A DNA stretch of 64,000 nucleotides from Scyliorhinus canicula (taxonomy: Eukaryota), in contig NW_024055498.1 of the NCBI RefSeq assembly GCF_902713615.1, forward strand, positions 1,578,527 through 1,642,526. The letters run 5' to 3'. The position numbers were made by a program, and so were the translations under genes. The notes below the pieces were generated by a model that saw only the letters and a program-made list of their open reading frames with translations, was not told the DNA's origin and did no database searches. The stretch's first letter is position 1; each line of letters starts with the position of its first letter. Below, in pieces: positions 57,138 through 64,000 of this stretch.

Positions 57138-58998
57138 CATAAGACCATAAGACCATAAGACATAGGAGTGGAAGTAAGGCCATTCGGCCCATCGAGTCCA
57201 CTCCGCCATTCAATCATGGCTGATGGGCATTTCAACTCCACCTCCCAGCATTCTCCCCATAGCCCTTAATTCCTCGCGACATCAAGAATTTATCTATTTC
57301 TGCCTTGAAGCCATTTAGCGTCCCGGCCTCCACTGCACTCTGCGGCAATGAATTCCACAGGCCCACCACTCTCTGGCTGAAGAAATGTCTCCGCATTTCT
57401 GTTTTGAATTTACCCCCTCTAATTCTAAGGCTGTGCCCACGGGTCCTCGACTCCTCGCCTAACGGAAACAGTTTCTTTGCGTCCATCCTTTCTAAGCCAT
57501 GTATTATCTTGTAAGTTTCTATTAGATCTCCCCTTAACCTTCTGAACTCCAATGAATACAATCCCAGGAACGCCAGCCGTTCCTCATATGCTAGACCCGC
57601 CATTCCAGGGATCATCCGTGTGAATCTCCGCTGGACACGCTCCAGTGCCAGTATGTCCTTCCTGAGATGTGGGGCCCAAAACTGGACACAGTACTCCAAA
57701 TGGGGCCTAACCAGAGCCTTATAAAGGCTCAGTAGCACATCGCTGCTTTTATATTCCAACCCTCTTGAGATAAATGACAACATAGCATTCGCTTTCTTAA
57801 TCACGGATTCAACCTGCATGTTTACCTTTAGGGAATCCTCGACTAGCACTCCCAGATCCCTTTGTACTTTGGCATTATGAATTTTCTCACCGTTTAGAAA
57901 GTAGTCTATGCTTGGATTCTTTTTTCCAAAGTGCAAGACCTCACATTTTCTCACGTTGAAATGCATCAGCCATTTCCTGCACCACTCTCCCAAACTGTCT
58001 AGATCCTTCTGCAGCCTCCCCACTTCCTCAGCACTACCTGCCTGACCACCTAACTTCGTATCATCAGCAAACTTCGCTAGAATGCCCCCAGTCCCTTCAT
58101 CCAGATCATTAATATATATGGTGAACAGCTGCGGCCCCAACACTGAACCCTGTGGGACACCGCTGGTCACCGGCTGCCATTCCGAAAAAGAACCTTTTAT
58201 CCCAACTCTCTGCCTTCTGTCAGACAGCCAATCCTCAACCCATGCCAGTAGCTCACCTCGAACACCATGGGCCCTCACCTTACTCAGCAGCCTCCTGTGT
58301 GGCACCTTATCAAAGGCCTTTTGGAAATCCAGATAGACCACATCCACTGGGTTTCCCTGGTCTAACCTACTTGTCACCTCCTCAAAGAATTCTAACAGGT
58401 TCGTCAGGCACGACCTCCCCTTACTAAATCCATGTTGACTTGTTCTAATCCGACCCTGCTCTTCCAAGAAATTAGAAATCTCATCCTTAACGATCGATTC
58501 TAGAATTTTACCAACAACCGAGGTTAGGCTAATTGGCCTATAATTTTCCATCTTTTGTCTTGATCCTTTCTTGAACAAGGGGGTTACAACAGCGATCTTC
58601 CAATCGTCCGGGACTTTCCCTGACTCCAGTGATTTTTGAAAGATCTCAACCAACGCTTCCGCTATTTCTTCAGCCACCTCCCTCAGAACTCTAGGATGTA
58701 GCCCATCGGGGCCAGGAGATTTGTCAATTTTAAGACCTTTTAGCTTTTTTAGCACCATCTCTTTTGTAATGGCAACCATACTCAACTCAGCCCCCTGACC
58801 CTTTATAATTTTTGGGATATTACTAACGTCTTCCACTGTGAAGACAGACGCAAAGTACTTATTAAGTTCTCCAGCCATTTCCTCATCTCCCATCACTAGC
58901 CTTCCAGAATCAGTTTGAATTGGCCCAATGTCTACTTTGGCCTGACGTTTGTTTCTTATGTATTGAAAGAAACTTTTACTATCATTTCTTATATTACT
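57138..58998 (-). mobile_element. Young 5'-truncated CR1 LINE with uninterrupted RT (ORF 57232-~58998) and microsatellite tail
   Basis: NYRPISLTS, YLDFQKAFD, GVPQGSVLGP, KFADDTKL. 3' UTR ends (TCTTATGG)n on the minus strand at 57138-57165. Confidence 0.95.
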
Positions 58999-61900
58999 CG
59001 GTGCGAGTTTGGCTCTGCTGTAAAGAAGCTGCAATGTCTTTTCAATGATCCTGTAACTGTGAAAATAAAGAATTTCAGCAAAACTAGGCCTCTGTGAAAT
59101 AACAGTAAAGGAAAACGAGTCTCAGATTTCACTGACTCCACCAGCTCAAAGCTCTCCTGCTCCTTATTAAGTTACGTTTTTAACTCTGCCACAGCCTTGC
59201 CTCCTCTGTCCCAGACTTTATGCTACTGTCTCAGTGAATGGAATGACTGAGTGAATCAACACTCAGTCTTTAACGTTCTCTGTCTGCCTCTCTCTCTCTC
59301 GCTCCCTCCCTCTCATTCTCCCTGTTGTGCTGACACTCATGAATTTCAGGCTGATCACTGAATTCCTATCGACAGTCAACAAGAACTTGATATTTATTGC
59401 ACCTTCAATACAGTAAAAATCATTTAGCACTGGAGCTGCTTTCACCAGATATTCTAGTGTTCCAGATCACCAGAATTCACTGAGTAAAATCATCTCTACT
59501 CGTGCCCATCCTGGCTGTTATGACAAATATTTTAAAGTTGCCTTCTGTTGTTACCAACCACCCTGCCAATGGAAACAACTTCTCTCTGTTGATGAAAACC
59601 CCTCAAGCATTTCAGTCTCTCGATTAAATCTTTCCTTCACCTTCTCTGATACTGGGAGAACAATCCCGGCTTCGCAGGTCTCTTCACAGAACAGAAACCT
59701 CTCATCACTGATACTGTTCTAGTGAGGTTTCCCTGCACCCTCTCCAATTCCTTGATATCTTTCCTAAGGTGCGGTGCTCAGAATTGAACAAAATATTTCC
59801 GATGTGGATTAACCAGTGATTTAGAAAGATTCAGTATAACTTGTTTTTCCCACTCTTTTCCTCCAATAAACCAAAGACCCAATTAGGATGTTTTAACCAA
59901 GTTGATCGACCAGAAGGCCTTTGACAAGGTGCTGCATAGGAAACAATTAAATACGTTTTTAAAAATCAATTTTGAGATTTTATTTTCCAATATAGGGGCA
60001 ATTTAGCGTGGTCAATCCACCTCACCTGCACATCTTTGGGTTGTGGGGGTGAAACCCATGCAGACATGGGGAGAATGTGCAAACTCCACACGAACAGTCA
60101 CCCAGGGCCGGAATTCCAATCCGGGTCCTGAGCGCCGCAGTCCCAGTGCTATCCACTGCGCCACATGCCGCCCTACTATTAAATAAGTTAACAAAGTGTC
60201 TTGGGAGTCCTTGTTCAAGATTTTCTTAAGGTGAACGTGCAGGTTCAGTCGGCAGTTAGGAAGGCAAATGCAATGCTAGCATTCATGTCGAGAGGGTGAG
60301 AATACAAGAGCAGTGATGTACATCTGAGGCTGTATGAGGCTCTGGTCAGACTCCATTTGGAGTATTGTGAGCAGTTTTGGGCCCTGTATCTAAGGAAGGA
60401 TGTGCTGGCCTTGGAAAGGGTGCAGAGGAGGTTCACAAGAATGATCCCTGGAATGAAGAGCTTGTCGTATGAGGAGCGGTTGAGGACTCTGTGTCTGTAC
60501 TCATTGGAGTTTAGAAGGATGAGGGAGGGATCTTATTGATACTGCGAGGCCTGGATAGAGTGGATGTGGAGAGGATGTTTCCACTTTTAGGAAAAACTAG
60601 AACCAGAGAACACAATCTCAGACTAAAGGGACGATCCTTTAAAACAGAGATGAGGAGGAATTTCTTTGCTGTAGAATGCTGTGGAGGCCAAATCAGAGTG
60701 TCTTTAAGACAGAGATAGATAGGTTCTTGATCAATGAGGGGATCAGGGTTTATGGCGAGAAGGCAAGAGAATGGGAATACCAAAATATCAGCCATGATTG
60801 AATGGTGCAGCAGACTCGATAGGCCGAGTGGCCTAATTCTGCTCATATGTCTTATGGTCCTGTCCTGTTGCATTGAAATATTAGTTTATATTCACTCTCG
60901 GGTCACTTTACCTGCATTCTGTTTAAAATTGTACCGTTTAGTTTACTTTGCCTCTCCTCATTCTTCCTTCCAAATACATACTTTTTTAAAAAAATGTTTT
61001 GAAATATTTTTTTAAAATAAATTCAGAGTACCTAATTCAATTTTTCCAATTAAGGGAAATTTAGCGTGGCGAATCCACCTACCCTGCACATCTTTGGCTT
61101 GTGGGGGTGAAACCCACGCAAACGCGGGGAGAATGTGCAAATTCCACACGGACAGTGACCCAGAGCCGGGCTCGAACCTGGGACCTCAGTGCCGTGAGGC
61201 AGCTGTGCTAACCACTGCACCGCCATGCTTCCTCATTCCAAATACATCCTCGATTTGAATCGCTTTGGGATGTTGTGAGCTTGTAAAAGATGCAACATGA
61301 ACACAAGTATTTTCTATCACATTTACAGCTGACTTAAGTTGTAGATTTTGCTCTGGAACGTTTAAATGAGATTGACAGTCACAGTTTAACTATTTTACTG
61401 CAGAAAGAGTTGGTTGTAAATACAAGGTTCCTTAGTGCAGCCTTGGCAAACTGAGTGTAACCCAGAGAGTCTGGTGAGTGGGGGAATTCGGTGAAGGAGG
61501 TGTTTGTTCCTTTTCTACCTTTTTCGTCCTGTACAAATTGGTTCTTACTCTACTACTGGGAAATCATTTGTAATTTGTTGAGTATTTGGTAAGTTGTTCA
61601 GGTTTACTCTATTCCTAAGGTTCAGCGGGGAGTCAGTGAATTCAGAGGGATGATCCCAGACAGCAGTTCTTCAAGGTTCACTGCAGCCCTGGCAGCTCCA
61701 TTCTCATCTCGGGAGAGCTCAGCAACTGCAGACACTGTTTACATCGGAGTTCTCCTGGTGCGGCGGGAGCAACATTTTGCTTTAACACCAAAACAACCTG
61801 AGTAATCGGTCACTCGTCAGATGCTGGTTGTGGAATCTTACAGCCAGCACAGGGCGGGGAAGTGAGCAGGACCTGACGTGCGAGAGCACATGGGCAGTAG

Positions 61901-63301
61901 AGATGTGGATGCTGACACATTCTGGTCAGGGGAAGTGCGGACTGAATGGGAGGTTGACCAGGAATTTAAACAGGGGAATGGATGTGGGTTTCAGCAGTAG
62001 CCGAGCTGGGTGGGGTGGAGACAGGCGACATTATAGATTTTGAAGTATCTGGTATGAGTGATGGTGTGAATATGTGGTCAGAATCTCATCTCAGCGCGGT
62101 GGCACGGTGGTTAGCACTGCTGCCTCCTAGCACCAGGAACCCGGATTCAATTCCGGCCTTGGGTGACTGTGTGGAGTTTACACATCCATTCCGTGGGTTT
62201 TCTGCGTGGGTTTCCTCCCACAGTCCACAGATGTGCAGGTTAGGTGGATTGGCCATGCTAAATTACCCCTTAGATCCAAAAGATGAGCAGGTTAGATGGG
62301 GTCCTGCACTGTAGAGATTCTATGATTGTGCAGAGTGTGGTTCAGCCTCAGATAGTTCCCAGGGAGAGGGATGGACTCGGGATTTAGAGAACGGAATTTC
62401 TGATGGTGACTGAATACAATGGCTTTGGTCTTCCCAATTTTTAATTGGAAGAAATTTCTGCTCATCCAATGCTGGATGTGGGATAAGCAGTTTGATAATT
62501 TAGTAACAGTGGAGGAATGGAGAGGGATGGGGGTGAGGTAGAGCTGGGTGTTGTCAGTGTACATGTGAAAACTAACACGGTGCTTTGGGATGATGTCACC
62601 TAGTGGCAGCGTGTAGATGGGAAATAGGAGGGGCCGAGGGTAGATCCTTGGGGAACACCAAGTACACGGACTTTGGAGAGGAAAGCGATATGAGATAGGC
62701 GGTACTTTGCAACATTAGTCGGAAAAGTTTTGTTTTTTAAAAGGATAGGTGATGATGGTGGATTTAAAGGTGAGAGTGACAGTACCAAAAGAGAGAGAGA
62801 AATATTAACAATATCAGCTAACACGGAGAAGCTAACATGGTCAGGATGTTTAGTGCGAATGGAGTCAAGGAGCAGAAGGCAGGTCTCTGACAAGATGAGC
62901 TCTGAGGAAGATTGAAGATAGGAGTGAAACTGGAGAAAGATGCAGATTTAGGGCTCAGACTTTGAGGAAATTTAGAAATGGTTTGGTCTGGTGGGTTAGT
63001 GGGAGGGAGGGAAGTAGCAGAGGCAGCTGATCGGATTTACTCAATCTCCGTAACAAAGAAGCTCCACAATCTCCTCACACTTGTTGGAGGTGAGGAAGGA
63101 AGAGACTGGGGAACCTTTCAAAGGGAATTAATCTGTTAGAGATACTTTAAAAATTACCACACTGTTGAACATAAAGCTGGTTTATTTGACTTTTATGTGA
63201 AATGTTAACCACCAGAACTGGAGTTTATTAACACCAGCAGAAACTGACCCAATGAATATGGTTCACCCCCGGATACAATTAACAGAACAATTCAATCACA
63301 G

Positions 63302-64000
63302 TTACCTGTGAAGTTGCTGGTGTAGCAGCAGGTTGGCTGACTGTGTGAATCCCTTCCCACACTCTGGGCAAGTGAATGGTCTTTCCCCAGTGTGAATGCG
63401 CCGATGTGTCACCAGATGGGATGATTGACTGAATCCTTTCTCACACTCAGAGCAGGTGAATGGCCTCTCCCCAGTGTGAACTCGCTGGTGTGTCAGTAGG
63501 TGGGATGACCGAGTGAATCCCTTCCCACACTGGGAGCAGGTGAACGGCCTCTCTCCACTGTGGATGCGCTGATGTTCCAGCAGGGTGGATAACCGAGTAA
63601 ATCCCTTCCCACACTCAGAGCAGTTGAAGGGTCTCTCCCCAGTATGAACTCGCTGATGTACTATCAGATCAGATGATCGCCTGAACCCAGTCCCACAGTG
63701 AGAACATCTGAACGGCCTCTCCCCAGTGTGAACACGTTGATGAAACATCAGTTCCCAGGAACTTGTATAGCCCTTCTCACAGTCCTGACATTTAAAAGGT
63801 CTCTCCCCGGTGTGAATTCGCTGGTGTGTCCGCAGGTGGGATGAGTGAGCAAATCCTTTGCCACACGTGGAGCAGATGAACGGCCTCTCCCCAGTGTGAA
63901 TTCGCTGGTGGACAGTGAGGACAGATAATGTCTTGAACCCAGTCCTGCAGTGAGAGCACTTGAAAGGTCTCTCATCACTGTGAACACGTCGATGACCAGT
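63302..64000 (-). pseudogene. C2H2 zinc-finger locus ZF8, frameshifted near 63748, continues beyond the window
   Basis: Five intact fingers in 63302-63748; upstream fingers lie in a different frame. A sequencing indel cannot be excluded. Confidence 0.7.

Overview
Eukaryotic, cartilaginous-fish (shark-type; catshark-like by repeat content, inference) genomic DNA. The window has four layers. (1) The 3' end of an IgM heavy-chain cluster: Cmu4 plus secretory tailpiece (1273-1664), TM1 (5390-5517) and TM2 (5657-5665). (2) A cluster of eight effector-less, single-coding-exon C2H2 zinc-finger loci on both strands, some intact and some decayed. Several carry a shared fossil leader with identical stop codons, and some have NRF1/CCAAT/GC-box promoters. 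(3) A complete five-exon EMC4 gene (51764-55132), plus an orphan T-cell-receptor-like V-segment 3' end with a 23-bp RSS (50097-50188). (4) A dense nested retroelement landscape: a young Penelope-like element with 1021-bp inverted arms, hammerhead ribozymes and a 12-bp TSD; a 213-bp double-hammerhead palindromic miniature of that family; an L1-clade LINE with intact ORF2 inserted in a CR1; many CR1/L2/Rex1 fragments; and several tRNA-derived SINE families with swapped tails. All calls were read by eye; no database searches were run. Repeat boundaries are approximate unless a TSD is quoted.
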